Of a stretch of 64,000 nt of DNA, positions 10,701 to 22,982 are shown piece after piece. The notes below the pieces were generated by a model. It saw only the letters and a list, made by a program, of their open reading frames with translations. It was not told the DNA's origin and did no database searches. Positions within the stretch are counted from its first letter, which is position 1; every line of letters starts with the position of its first letter. This DNA is from Amphiscolops sp. MND2022 (lineage: Eukaryota), in NCBI GenBank assembly GCA_964187785.1, contig OZ076409.1, positions 65,536,001-65,600,000 on the forward strand, written 5' to 3'. Both the position numbers and the translations under genes were made by a program.

Positions 10701-13700
10701 ACTTCGTGTGGCTACCGTATGAAGTGCTGCCCGGGCGACATGATAGGGGGTGGGTACCCTGACTACTGCTGCACCCCGGCCGAGTACAGACTAGTAACCG
10801 ACGGTGGAGACCAATGCATGCAGCATTCTGACTGCTATTCCGGCTTCTGCTGCTCCAATGATAAATGCTGCACTCATGAGGTATTTTCATCCACCATCCT
10901 TTGCGAAATAAAAAACAGTTTGAATTGGTAACGCACATGTATCTTGCTACAAAGACTACGAAAGTCCATGCAAAGTAGCACAAGCACTCAAAGTGAAAAA
11001 TAGCACCTTTTCAATGAAATTTTGACCACCCCTTCGACCTTCCTATGTCGTCAAGAAAACAAAATGGAAACGTCTCAAGTCTGTGCCCCGCTTGAGGTTC
11101 AAGGCTCAAAAGGTGTCAAGTTTTGCAAATATGATAGAAGACTGTTTTTATGGAAATTCTGAAAATCTCAATCCCGAAAAAACGAGTGAAGCTCCTCTGG
11201 GTTCAAAATTTTTGTCTGCAACTTGAAACAATTTTGAAAAACCAAAGAGAGACCCTTCTAAAACTTCTCAGAGAGCCGAAAAACGCGGGAAGCTCCTCTG
11301 GGTTCAAAAAGGCTATTTTGAAACTTAAAACAATTTTGAAAAACCAAAAAAAAGGGCACCCTTCTGTGAAGTTTCAGGTTTTTCGAAAAAAAGTAGCACA
11401 ATGCGAGGGCACTCTTTTAGATCCATAATAACAAGTAAAAATGACAAGCAGGTCCCTTTACAAAAGAGTCCGTTTAAAAACAAACCTCATTACGCCCAAC
11501 AATTCTCCACTGTAAACTTTAACTACCGAAAGAATCGTCCACCAGATCCTAGTATGAGCCAAAACATGAACACCTCACCACTTTGGGAACATGAAATGAT
11601 TTCAGGAATACGAAACCGATATGGCAATGTGTTACTTAGACACTGACTGCTACCGAACGCAAGAATGCTGTTACTTAGAACAAGGAGAGAGCCACTGCTG
11701 CTACACGAGTAAAGAAACAGACGATGGGTTTGAGTTTGTGATGATTGTAATCGTGGGCGCAGTTGTTTTCCTGTTTCTGGTCGTGATCATAACCATCGGA
11801 GTCGTCTGCTGCTATTACGTCAAGCAGAATGGCAAGAAGGCCAAGAAAAAGAAAAAGAAGAACAGAGTAGCTGATCAACCACTTCCTACACCTGTCAGCA
11901 ACAACATGCACATGCAAGGGGCTACATTCCTGTACAACCAACCAGGTGCAATGAATACAGCGACACCTCCCTACCCGGTGAGTAATTATATAAGTCATTT
12001 ACTGACCATGGGAAAACAGAAGATTGATTTTTACTGTCCGATGCGACAATAATACTGAACATTATTGACGGTGAAATGCGATCAGTTGCGTTGTCTCAAG
12101 CAGTTTGCAGAAAAATTATATGTCTCAAAAGCGATATCTCAAAGCTGGTATCGAAAAAGTTCTGACTTCCACATTTGACCCAAGAAAGCATTTTGTTGGT
12201 GCTTTTCCGTAAGAAAATGTGGCCGGTTATTATAGGGACAACTTTGCGTCAAACCACAGAGCTCATGAGCGTATTTGGGAGACGTTGACGCTTTATAGAC
12301 ACCTGAAACACAAATAAGCCGATAAATGGCCTGATTTTCATTCAAGATCATGCGGAAGCAGCGTAACTAATTTGATGATTGATTGTTCATTCAAAATTTT
12401 CGGACAATTATGGTTACACAATTTCGACGCTAAAGCAGTTTTCAAGCACCGAGTATTAACAATTTTTGGTAGCACTGGAATGATCAGTTGCTAATGAGTG
12501 TATTGTTAAAAATTTTTAGAGTCTTTTATAAAGTCTGGACTTTCAGGATTTGAAATGTCTTTCCGAAGACCAGGAATTGAGTCGGATTGTCAAATACTTT
12601 GGAATTCCCGTATTCGGGAAACAGTTCTTTTTTATTTTGAATTTTTCGATTGTTTTTTTTTCAGTGAATATCAACTTAAAAATTAGTTGAATTTAATCTC
12701 AATGGTTTAACCATGTGGTTATTGTTTAGAGGCCTTGAACCATTGGTCTTTTTAACTACATGGTTAAACCATTTGTTGAACAATCAAAATAGTGTAAATC
12801 TGTTCAAAACGACTCAAGATGAGCGCTCAAAAGTCTCCCTGCGATTCCAACTCTAAAGAGGTATAATTCCGCCACTGATGTAAGATGTTTTTCCAACTGT
12901 CCTACCGAAGGAGTGGCGGGGATGGAACTTGACGCCAAGTATCTCCAGGCTCTTATTACAAAGCAATAAACTAAAAATATCCGCGCCAACATTTGTATGA
13001 GCTTGGTTCCAGCAACGGATGACTTCAAGCAGTCCTTATGGTACCACCAATAAAAGGCAATGAAGAGAGATCGAAATTTTGAGGAAACAAAAGGAAATAG
13101 AACAATTCACAGGGTCCAAATCCAACTTTTATAAATGCCTGTTTTGTTAAGCCATTGTCATAAACATGCCTGGAGCAAGAATAGCAATTCAAGGGCCCAT
13201 TACCCTCGAGTGGTTTCTTCAACGCTTTTTCACATCCAAAAATAACGAATGCCACTTGAAGTGTCATGAACATGGTCCATGAAAGCGGTAGCCTAATTGA
13301 CCTTCCAAAAGTCAAAAACTGGATCACTACCAACGGTATTAGTCAGAATTAGTCATGGGAAGAAAATCCATAATTGATGCACGGTTTAGGACATGAAATT
13401 TAATCCGACTGTAGTTGAAACTTCTCTAAATCATCACGAACTGATAATTGATTATACTGATGGAGTTAGAGTGAAGGTACTAAATAATTGCAAGCCCACT
13501 CCATCAGCTTTCTCTAAGTCCAGATCAACACTACATTTCAATTGCTGGCCAGTTACAGTGTATTCTTTGAATTCATAAAGTTTCAAAATAACAAGGCATA
13601 ATGACGAAGGGGCGAAATTTCTCTACAATTACGCCAGCTTTCATTTCAGTTTCCTGGAAATCCGTACGGGGCGCCAGCTCCGAATAATTATGCAGTGAAT

Positions 13701-13814
13701 GGCAACGTGGTTGCACCACCAGGAGCAAGACTACAAGCCCTGGTTTTGCCATCAACTCTGCCCCCCAACGGAATACCCCAGCCCCCTGTTTATAACCCTC
13801 CAGTTTTTCAGTGA
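4748..13814 (+). CDS. Cys-rich single-pass type I membrane protein with Pro-rich PPxY cytoplasmic tail (Shisa-like/WBP1/VOPP1/CYYR1-type architecture), ~434 aa
   Basis: Hand-assembled exons 4748-4904, 5837-5927, 6405-6615, 7632-7701, 10642-10880, 11606-11977 and 13650-13814 join in frame (1305 nt; phases 1,2,0,1,0,0). The protein has a signal-peptide-like N-terminus (TLFAIFISVMWTQHVGVLA), many C/CC motifs, one TM (FVMIVIVGAVVFLFLVVIITIGVV) followed by CCYY and a poly-Lys run, and a tail containing TPPYP and PPVY. The model needs a GC donor at 6616. Confidence 0.8.
5129..5615 (+). mobile_element. HINE family A
   Basis: 5' TTTTTAGTCGGAGC...GCCCGACT stem; 3' GCGCCGACT followed by hairpin AGACG-TTCC-CGTCT and TGTT. 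Confidence 0.75.
7014..7553 (-). mobile_element. HINE family A
   Basis: AACAAGCCGAGAACGGCCAAAGTCGGCGC ... AGTCGGGC...GCGCCGACTAAAAA. Confidence 0.75.
9729..10306. mobile_element. piggyBac-like MITE
   Basis: TTAA on both flanks. Ends CCCCAACTGACCTAG and CTAGGTTCATTAGGG form an imperfect TIR. Confidence 0.7.
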
Positions 13815-14144
13815 ACCACACGACTAAAGAGACACAAACAATGCCGACTGCTCAAAAACCAAAGAAACTACTGCTCGATTAGTAATTTCGAAAATGTCAA
13901 TGCTGCCACTCTGTCCAGCTCAGCAAAAACAATACCTTACTCGTCGTCAAGTTACGAGTCGTAAGTTACGACAAACAAATCAAACGTTGCTTCGTTATTT
14001 AAACCTAATAGACAAAAGGAATACACTGAGAGGATTATGAAAACCGCGGTGACTCTAGAATTCAATAAGAACTTATATTTTTGCCTGTTAGTTTATCTCA
14101 TGACCAATCAATTTAATATTGAAAACTAAATTATTTTTATTACT

Positions 14145-17100
14145 CTATCTTCTCATATCAGGTAAACCTAAAACATTTCTTCCAGTTTCGCCAATGGTTT
14201 CCAAAAGGATACCAAACGATGACAAATTCTGACGAATTTTTCCAATATTCATGCCCATGGTGCCGACATCTTGCAATCTTCGCTCCAAAAACTGCCACGT
14301 GTCTTGATAATCGGGAGATTTGTCTTGCAGCAAATGAAGTTGAGTCGAATTAACAACCCCAGATAACAAAATTCTTTTCGAGTACCAATTGTAGTCCATG
14401 GATTTGTCACCAGCGTAATGCCATATTAGGTCCACCATCTCGACATGGTGTTTGAGGGTCTTGAATGAATTTTGGGGTTCGGCTAAAACAGTTCACAGTT
14501 TAAAAAAAAAAAGAAAACTATATCTTGAAAGTTCATGAAGTCCTAACTATTTTCAGGTTCATTCAAAAAGAAGCATTCGTTACTAACTGAACGAACCTCA
14601 AGAGTCAAAACTGCCATGAAAATTGAAATCGCATATGTCGACACTTGAAACTGTTTCAAGATACCATCGCTGCAGCTCAACACATTGACGACTGATATAT
14701 CAAAACTGAACACGAGTAATCATTCCGAGAAAGAATGCAAAATGCTTCATGATCAGGGCCTCATTTTTATTGCGTTGCAGTTTTCATTCACATGCCAATT
14801 TTAACCAAATAGACCTCAAATTTAGCCTATCAGGGACGCATTTTGACCGATCAAAGACGCATTTTGGCACATGGCGCGCAGCGGGGCATGCCTTATAATG
14901 GGAGCAAGACGGTAGTTACAAATGTACCCACCTAAAATGGCGAGAGCAGCAGGCCAGTGTTCCAAGTAGGGGATGATGTAACTTATCATCTGTTTGCATG
15001 CTTCAAATGTGAACAAATTAATTTTGATTCTTCCATATTCATTCATGTGTTTCTCCCTGAGATCTATGAGATAGTTTTCGAGATGAACCATGCTCATGTC
15101 TAAAAAGTAGTATACAAGTGCTGCTTCCTGGTACTCAAAGGATCCAATGATAGCCGGAGATAAATCCAAAGATTTGGCTGCTTCTGAGAAGGATTTCGGC
15201 CCCCAGCCATGCTCGTTGACAAGCTGCAAGGCCTCGTTTAATAATTTATGCTGCGTTTCCTTCACTAATGCATTTTGATTGACGTTACTGTCCGAAGATT
15301 GCCTGAAACCAGTTTTACATCGTTAAAAAATTTTCAAGTTATCAATTCATTCAACAATTGAAATTTTTAAACAATGAAAGTGAATTTTTAGTAGCGCCAA
15401 AAAATCAGTTGTCTATGAGTAAAATTTCAAAAGAATTCAAAAAGGAAGTTTAGCCATAAAATAGGCATTAAGTCTTTTCTAATTATTTGAAATACTTGTA
15501 TTAGACAAAACTTTGTCAAACTTCTAACAGGAAAAGAAGATAGCTAAATTAGATATTTTGCGACGAAATCATTCAGGATCGGAAACCTTACACTGAAATT
15601 ATTGGAATTAATGGAATCTTGAAACTCATTTAAAGCCATAATCATACAGTAATACCTGAACGTAATTACTATTTTCAGATATAAATTTTCTTGAAAGGCG
15701 GAATTAAAAATTAAGTAACAACAAGGACTAAAAAACTATTTAAGACTATATTCAGACAGTCATCAAGAAAAACCTTAAAAGCAAAATTTTTCCTCAAATC
15801 TACAAACAACCTCTCCATTAGTGTACCTAAATGCGGGGAAGTTTTTATTTTTAATTTCTCTTATCTATATTTTAATAACACGCGTATTCAAAGCAGAAGA
15901 TACTTTTGTTTCATATTTACTTCTCTATTTTTAGTTTTCCATCTCGGACCGAGGTACCTGAGGCATTTAGTGTCATTATATTTCCTCTCTAAAGAAAAGC
16001 AAAGTGATTAGTCTAATAAAGCTAAAAGCAGCGCCCTGTTTACTTCATCTTTCTTTAGATTGAAGTAAATTGTGAAAATTTCCCCCATATGATGTTTAAA
16101 AACATAACTCATTATAATCTTTGTCCGCTTATAAAAGGTTGTCAGGGTTCTGAGATGGAAACATCTTTGAATCCATGTTTGCTTTCTCAAAAAAAGCGAT
16201 GTCGAAGTTACTACCTCTTTTGCCGAATTCTGCTGTTACCAATTAGTTTTCAGTTTAGAAAGCTATCACAAGCTTCTCTTGCCAGCAATACCAGGTTGAT
16301 AGAAACAGTTAATGTCATCAAATTATAAACAAGACGCCCGCTGAGCAGCGAGAATAGCCAATGCACTAAAAAACGCAAAGAAGTTCGAAGAGAAGAAAGC
16401 TTTGATTCATCTTAGCCCATTTTAAAGGAAACACCTAGTTTATTTTTTCTGCTATTGCTGGCCACTTCTCGTTTTTTTTCGGCACTATGCGACTTACCGA
16501 GAAAAAAAACTTTCAGTAAATTTTTGGAAAATAATTTGCAAAAAAACATTTTTAGCAATTTTTAGTTTTTGAGGTTTTCTGTAGAGGAAATGAGTTTCCC
16601 GAGTCTTCAGAGTAACTTCTTAGTTACTTTTGATCATATGGAACTGACGAGGTTTCTTATTGATTGTGGAAATTACCTCATTCAGTTTTTCGGTTCTGTG
16701 CGTCTTTCCGAAACTTTCATTTGGTCAAAGAGTACCCCGTTGCTTCCATAGCTGATTTCGGCTTGAGAAAAGTAGTTTTGCGAGCTGAACCTCGTGTCGC
16801 CATCATAGAACTTTGTCCGAAAAAATCAAAAAAAGGATTGTGATTGCTGTTGGGAAAAAGTGGTTTGCTACTCTCAGACGTATTCCTTGGCGATTTTTGG
16901 CACTGAGAAAATGGTAAAAGCTTGAAACTAGGTCTTTTGCAGCTTTACGAAAAATGAGCGATCCCGGTTTGTTATATTATTGCACATAGTTTCACGAGAG
17001 GGGTCAAAAATTGGATAAGTATTGACAACTTTGGGGTCATTTTGAGGGACATTTCCATCATGAATCTACACGTGTCTCTTCAAAAATAAATCTACTGGAC

Positions 17101-19478
17101 ACCGAGTTAAGTTGTTGTTGAATGTTCGCACCATTCTAATCCACGAAGTAGCTCGAAAAATTTTAATGATGATTTTGCTTGGATCTCATTGAATATTAAA
17201 CATTTGACAAAGAAGGTCGAACTTCAGGTTTTGAAGTAAAGTTTTTGAAAGTTGTGCAAATAAACTTGTCTGATATCTTTTCGAAACACTACCAGTAGCT
17301 ACACGTTTCAATCCTGAGCCTATGGAATTTCTGACTGAAAAAAATTTTCGGAAAGGGTCCAAAATTGGGACCATGTTGTCGAAAATAACGAAAGTTCGGA
17401 AACTTTGACACCTTTGCTGTAAACTCGATGAACTTCATCCCATTTTTCCCCAATTGCCTTTTGAATACCTTATTGTTTCAACCCTCAGGTCACTGGAAGT
17501 CCTATTCTTAAAAATTTTCGCGGTTTGAACAAAAATTGGGATTAGTTTGCCAAACAACGTGCTTTTTTGTTATTTCATGGATTTTGGTTGTTTTAGAGGC
17601 CAATTCCCACAAAAAATGCAGTTATCTCTTCAAAATTGCCTACTGGAAACACCCGGATTAGTCATTGTTGAGTCTATTAAACCATTTTATGGAAGGAAGT
17701 AGCTCAAAAATTGTACAAAAAACGGTCTAAAAATGTTTTTAAAAATTTTTGAAAAGTCAGTTTCTCCAGTATTTGGGTCATTCTGAGAAAACAATCGACC
17801 ATAAATCAGGCAATCTTTTTGAAAAAAGTGCATCGAACCTTGTTTTATCGTCTGGAGCTTTTTGAAGCTTTCATTTTATCAAAATTTTCCAACCTCAAAT
17901 AAAAATTCACTGAAAATGTCATAGATCGACAAAAAAATTCGACAGTTCAGGGTCAATTTGAGGCATTTTTCATTTAGAAATTGAAGTTATCTCGTGACGA
18001 AAGGTCACCGAAACAACAAATTTGCCCATTCCTTAGGCGTTTTAACATTCTAGTCCACGGAGGCTATCGATAATTTGACAAAAATTGAACAAAAATAGTG
18101 AAAATTCGATTTCAAGTCAGGACAATTTCCGTTTGAAAAACGGCATTTATCTCTTACTGGACTTACTAAGCCTACTGGGCAACACATGCGTCACTTGTTA
18201 ACCCTTTTCAGCGTTCCAATCCACAAAGTCGGTCGAAAATTTGGGAAAACTACATAAAATCTTTAAAATTAGGAAAATTGGGAGTTTTGTCATTTTCGGT
18301 ATCAATTTGAGACATTTTCATTCAGAACATTGCAATTATCTCTTCATAAAAAACTACTGGACAACCAAACCAACTTTTTTCTTGTTGAACCTTTAAAACA
18401 TTCCAATCCACGAAGTCTGTCGAAACTTTAACAAACAAATAAAAACTTTGAAAATTGGAAAATTTTGGGATTTTTGTCATTTTCGGTGTCAATTTGAGAT
18501 TTTTTAATTTAGCAAAAAACAATTATCTTTTCGGAAAAGTCTACTGGAAAACGAATGAGTGCCATGTTGAACGTTTTCAATATTTTAATCCACGAAGTCC
18601 GTCAAAAATTCGACAAAAATTGCATGAAAACGTTAAAAATCGGGAAATTTTCGGTTTTTTGTCATTTTTGGCTCTTTTTCTTCCCAAAATACCGCAGTTA
18701 TCTTTTCTCAAACGAATACTGGACAACGAATTCTTGCCTTGTTGAACCTTTTCAACATTCTAATCCAAGACATCTATCGAAAAATTGACAAAAATTGCAT
18801 TAAAACGTCAAAAATTGAAATTTTTGCGAATTTTCTCGTTTTTGGGTCATTCTGGGGTCCTTGGGATCAACTAAAAAAGTGCAGAAATCTCCACACATAT
18901 ATATCGCACGAAGCTAAATTTATGTAAGTTGAATTCTATGGTTAACACCCTTAAAGTTAAATATAAATTAGAAGCTTAGCAAATTTTGTAAAAAAAAACG
19001 TTTGATTTGGGCGGAAAATAATAAATAACATGTAGGGAATAGTTCAAAGTAATTAGTTTTGAGTTTGGTAGCCAACAACTCTGCGACTACTCTTCTTAGC
19101 TGTGATGTGACTTTGGCATGTCACACGGTGCTCTTCGTATAATAGTAGTTGTATCAAAACGGTTTTTAACCTTTTGAACATACAAAGACTCAAACTGAAG
19201 CAGGCTAATTTGATTTTCACATTATGAAAACAGCCAAAAGCGACTCACTTAGAAGAACTTGAAGCAATTGAATCATCTTCATTTTTTGGATCCCAGTCAT
19301 ATTCTTCTTCTTTACTGTCGGCAAGAGTGGAAAAAGACAGCCTCGCATCCAAAACAGGAAATGCTTTCACCGTTTTCAGTCTGCTGTTGTCAAATAAGGC
19401 TGGCAATTTTCGATTAGCTCCAGAGCGACCCAAACCTACTGAAAGCGAGGCAATTCGGCAAACCCTGCAAGCCTGCAT
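14145..19478 (-). CDS. COQ9: Ubiquinone biosynthesis protein COQ9, mitochondrial
   Basis: Exons 19478-19249, 15302-14932 and 14482-14145, all GT-AG with matching phases. Arg/Ser-rich transit-peptide-like N-terminus. The motifs HGW, WPAALAILA-EPQN and DLIWHYAGDKSMDYNWYSKR...QDKSPDYQDTWQFLERRLQD are typical of COQ9. Confidence 0.93.
17050..18870. repeat. Degenerate ~170-190-bp tandem repeat in COQ9 intron 1
   Basis: Recurring TTCYAATCCACGAAGT..TCGAAAA and ACTACTGGA motifs at ~17134, 18047, 18213, 18401, 18583 and 18758. Confidence 0.7.
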
Positions 19479-20175
19479 CTCAGTGTTATCTGAAAGTAAC
19501 TCTCACTTGAGATTTTTTATATCGAAAATGACGACGTGAAACACATGAAACAAAAATTACGTCTGCAAAACTTCAAGACAAAATATGGCTTTGAGCTTTC
19601 ATGCTTCAAATTCGAATCATTGTCCTTGATGTCTCAATACTCCTACATTGAGAGATCACCAATGATAACATGCCAAAATTTCGAGTGACTCACTAAAATA
19701 GTTGTCAAATGAAACCCTTTTCGAGCTAATTCGCACTTGAACAAATTCACGCTTGAAGAATAGACTTGAGATAACTTAGCGTTTCCAATTTTTTCACAAA
19801 ATGTACTGTCATCGATGCACTTAACTGTTCAGAAAATAATCCCTGTTCGTTCACAATGAACCACGGTATAAAACTTCCTAGAATACATATGAAAAAGTTA
19901 TTTTCATTAATGAAATTCAGATGTTCCTATTGCCCCCACTCTAGATAAGTTTTACATAGCCTAGGGGGTCCATGGTTAGGTTTGGTATACATTCAACAAC
20001 TGCAACCCCTCACCGTATATTTAGTTACCCACGGATTTTAGAAAATTATTGTCAATTTTTAGTCGGCGCCTTTTCCCTTAAGGAAAAAAGCCCGACTATT
20101 ACAGTGGGTAGTTTTTTTCAGTTCACTCTGAACGGTCCACTTTTTTTGTTAAACTTTTTAGGCGAGATAATTTAG

Positions 20176-20515
20176 TTCGGATATAACGTTTCAAAGTTCG
20201 GATGTAACTTTCAAAGTTCGGATGTAATGTTTTCAAAGTTGAAGTTCGGATGTAACGTTTTCAAAGTTCGGATATAACGTTCTCAATGTTCGCATATAAC
20301 GTTTTCAGAGTTCGGATGTAACGTTTTTAAAGTTTGGATATAACGTTTTCTAAGTTCGGATATAACTTTTTCAAAGTTCGGATATAACGTTTTCAAAGTT
20401 CCGATGTAACGTTTCAAAGTTTGGGTATAAGGTTTTCAAAGTTCGGATATAACGTTTGCGAAGTTCGGAAAGAACGTTTTCAAAGTTCGAATGTAACGTT
20501 TTCAAAGTTCGGATA
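20176..20515. repeat. ~22-bp minisatellite (TTCAAAGTTCGGATRTAACGTT)n
   Basis: About 15 visible units. Confidence 0.9.
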
Positions 20516-20668
20516 CACTCAACTCCGTTTATAACGATATTCAGGTTATAGCGATAGAATTTCACGGTCCCGGCTACGATGCTAGTATATAACGATTTTC
20601 GCCTATAACTATATTCGGATATAACGATTAGAAAACAGCCGGGCAATCGTTATAAGCGGAGTTGAGTG
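20516..20668. mobile_element. Tc1/pogo-like MITE inside a HINE
   Basis: TIRs CACTCAACTCCGTTTATAACGAT and ATCGTTATAAGCGGAGTTGAGTG. TA on the left flank and TG(TA) on the right. Confidence 0.75.
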
Positions 20669-21507
20669 TGTAAAATTTTCATTTCTCGTATAGCATTATC
20701 GAGTTTTTTTCCCAAATTTCATAATTTGTTGAACCTTAGATATGGCGCCGACTTAGGCGGTTCCCGGCTTGTTATCCTAAATTTGGCGGCACTTCGAAAC
20801 GTTAAATTCTACAGATCTCAAATTTAAAACTAGCGTCTTCAGCGTGCTATTTTAGAAGAGGTGGTTACATCAAATGAGCAGCTGGGAAATCAGATGTGGA
20901 TACGTGATCGTGTCAGCAATGAAACAACACTATCGATTGTGTTGGTAAGGATATGAGGAATGATTTCAAGTTTACAAGTGGAAAGTGTAGGGTAATCCTA
21001 CAAAGTTTACCAGCTCCATGAATTTTCTACGTATTATAAAAAATTCTCCGGCACGTAGGCCTGCAGCATGTAAAAAAGCATGTAAAAAACCTTTGTGACC
21101 TCGAGCAAGTCACTTTGAAACCACAGCTTCAAGTCCACCATTACTTGACCACTTGGCTGCAAATATGGTACCATTGCTTGCTATGGGGAGATAGTATCCG
21201 AAAGGGCGCCGACTTAGAAAAACAGAATTGCTTATTCGGCGTCCACCCCTCGGTAATGAAGAAATTAACTTCTCACAATAAGCAAAGATTTGAAAAGGGC
21301 ACCGAAAGGTCCGCAACAACTTTGAGCGCGTAAAATTCTAATGTCAATTTCTGTTATCTCAGCGCACAAAAAGCTAACTCTACACCCACTTGCTCAGGAG
21401 AACCATTTACTTGTACTGAGAAGACACAATCAAAACCGCATTAATCTGCTGATCGTTCACTAAGTACCTTTAGCATACTTCTTTTAAAATGGTAATTTTA
21501 AATTTAA

Positions 21508-21799
21508 ACACAGAGGCGAAGCGGTGCTTCGCAACACATGACGAAGCATCGATTAATTTAATATGCGTATATATATTATTTTAATCGCATGCGTATATGT
21601 TCAACAGTTCAACTTTGTTCAATAACGTCCCTATGGCACAGTGGTCAACACTTATGCCGTGCAATCGGGAGGCTGCAGGTTCGAATCTCTCTGGGGTTTT
21701 GGCTTTTGTCTAAAAGGCGCTCATTATGAAGTTGGCTATTGTGGAAAAAAACTTACTTAGCTGGACTGCAATGCACATTGACTTCGTCATGTGCAAAAA
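21508..21799 (-). mobile_element. HINE family B with tRNA-like cassette
   Basis: Perfect 12-bp subTIR CACATGACGAAG (21535-21546) / CTTCGTCATGTG (21782-21793). Terminal hairpin GCGAAGC-GGT-GCTTCGC (21516-21532). The same end sequence recurs at ~6813-6866. Confidence 0.7.
21627..21698 (+). other. tRNA-derived (SINE-head-like) sequence, not a functional tRNA
   Basis: A box TGGCACAGTGG (21634-21644) and B box GGTTCGAATC (21678-21687). Stems pair poorly. Confidence 0.6.
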
Positions 21800-21826
21800 T
21801 GATTGATATATTGGCTTTTGGTCGTG

Positions 21827-22320
21827 TTTTTAGTCGGCGCCTTTCCCTTAATAAAAAAACCGCCTATTACAGTGGGTAGTTTTCTTCAGTTCACTCTGAA
21901 TGGTCAACTTTTTTGTTCATTTGTTCAACTTTTTAGCCGAAATATTTCAGTTCAGATATAACGTTTCGAAGTTCGAATGTAACGTTTTCAAAGTTAAAGT
22001 TCGGATGTAACGTTTTCAAAGTTTGGATGTAACGTTGTCAAAGTTGAAGTTCGGATGTAACGTTTTCAAAGTTCGCATATCATATAACGTTCTCAAAGTT
22101 CGGACATAACGTTTTCCAAAGTTCGGATATAACGTTTCAAAATTCGGTTATAACGTTTTCAAAGTTCGGATATAACCTTTTCAAAGTTCGGATATAAAGT
22201 TTTCAAAGTCCGGATATAACGTTTTGATTTCTCGTATAACATTTTCGACATTTTCCCAAAATTTCACAATTTGTTGAGCCTTAGATATGGCGCCGACTTG
22301 GGCCGTTCCGGCTTGTTGTT
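21827..22320 (+). mobile_element. HINE family A carrying the same ~22-bp minisatellite
   Basis: Family A termini; array ~21948-22225. Confidence 0.75.
21948..22225. repeat. ~22-bp minisatellite, same unit
   Basis: About 12 visible units. Confidence 0.9.
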
Positions 22321-22982
22321 CAATTCGGCGGTGACGAATGTCAAAATTCTACAAATTGATAATTCGTCTGAAGAGTCCTCCCTTCCAGATTTTGACAATA
22401 CTATTTCAATTAACAAGCCAGGAACAAGTCAAGTCGGTGCCCCGCTCAAGGTTCAAAAAATAGGTTCAAAAAAATTTCTGCTTGAATCTTTCATTAATAT
22501 TATTACACTGCTTTGTTTTAAAACCAAGATGATTTTGTTTTCAATAACAAAGGTATAATTCAGTGTTTTTTTAAATAATAGAATCATATCTGGAATACCA
22601 ATACACTTTAATCATTATTTAGCGCACAATTAATCACTGTACAAGTTTACACCGCCTATAATTCTTCTCGGACTAAAGAAAATATAACTACTAAGCGTAG
22701 ACGAAGTTTCAGATTCGCATTTGAATGCAAGCTCTCCGAGAACGAATAATTAACACTCATTGCCTTCATCTCAATGACGTCAGCGAACGAATGCATAATT
22801 ACCACTCGCTCGTTCCATCGCACGAGTATTGAAATGTCGTCGGCAGCTTGAGAAATTTAATTCTCACGCTTACAGTCACTGCCGAACAAAAATATCTGAA
22901 TTATTCAGTTTCGTGCGAAGAATTGTACTGAAAAAAAGTAGACATCTTGAGATTTCAATAATATTCCTGCTATCGCAGAAAT

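Larger units (their letters stand above)
20056..20773 (+). mobile_element. HINE family A carrying a ~22-bp minisatellite and a MITE
   Basis: Family A termini with an internal (TTCAAAGTTCGGAT[A/G]TAACGTT)n array. Confidence 0.75.

Noticed and set aside
12804..13578. Cluster of short ORFs in intron 6 of the Cys-rich gene
   Set aside because: No recognisable motif or consistent splice model. Possibly an old TE or pseudogene, but unsupported.
21627..21698. Functional tRNA genes (also ~6141, ~50605, 1909)
   Set aside because: A and B boxes are present, but acceptor and anticodon stems do not pair properly, and all sit inside dispersed repeats.
20176..22225. 22-bp arrays as CRISPR or iterons
   Set aside because: Head-to-tail minisatellite without spacers, inside repeat elements.
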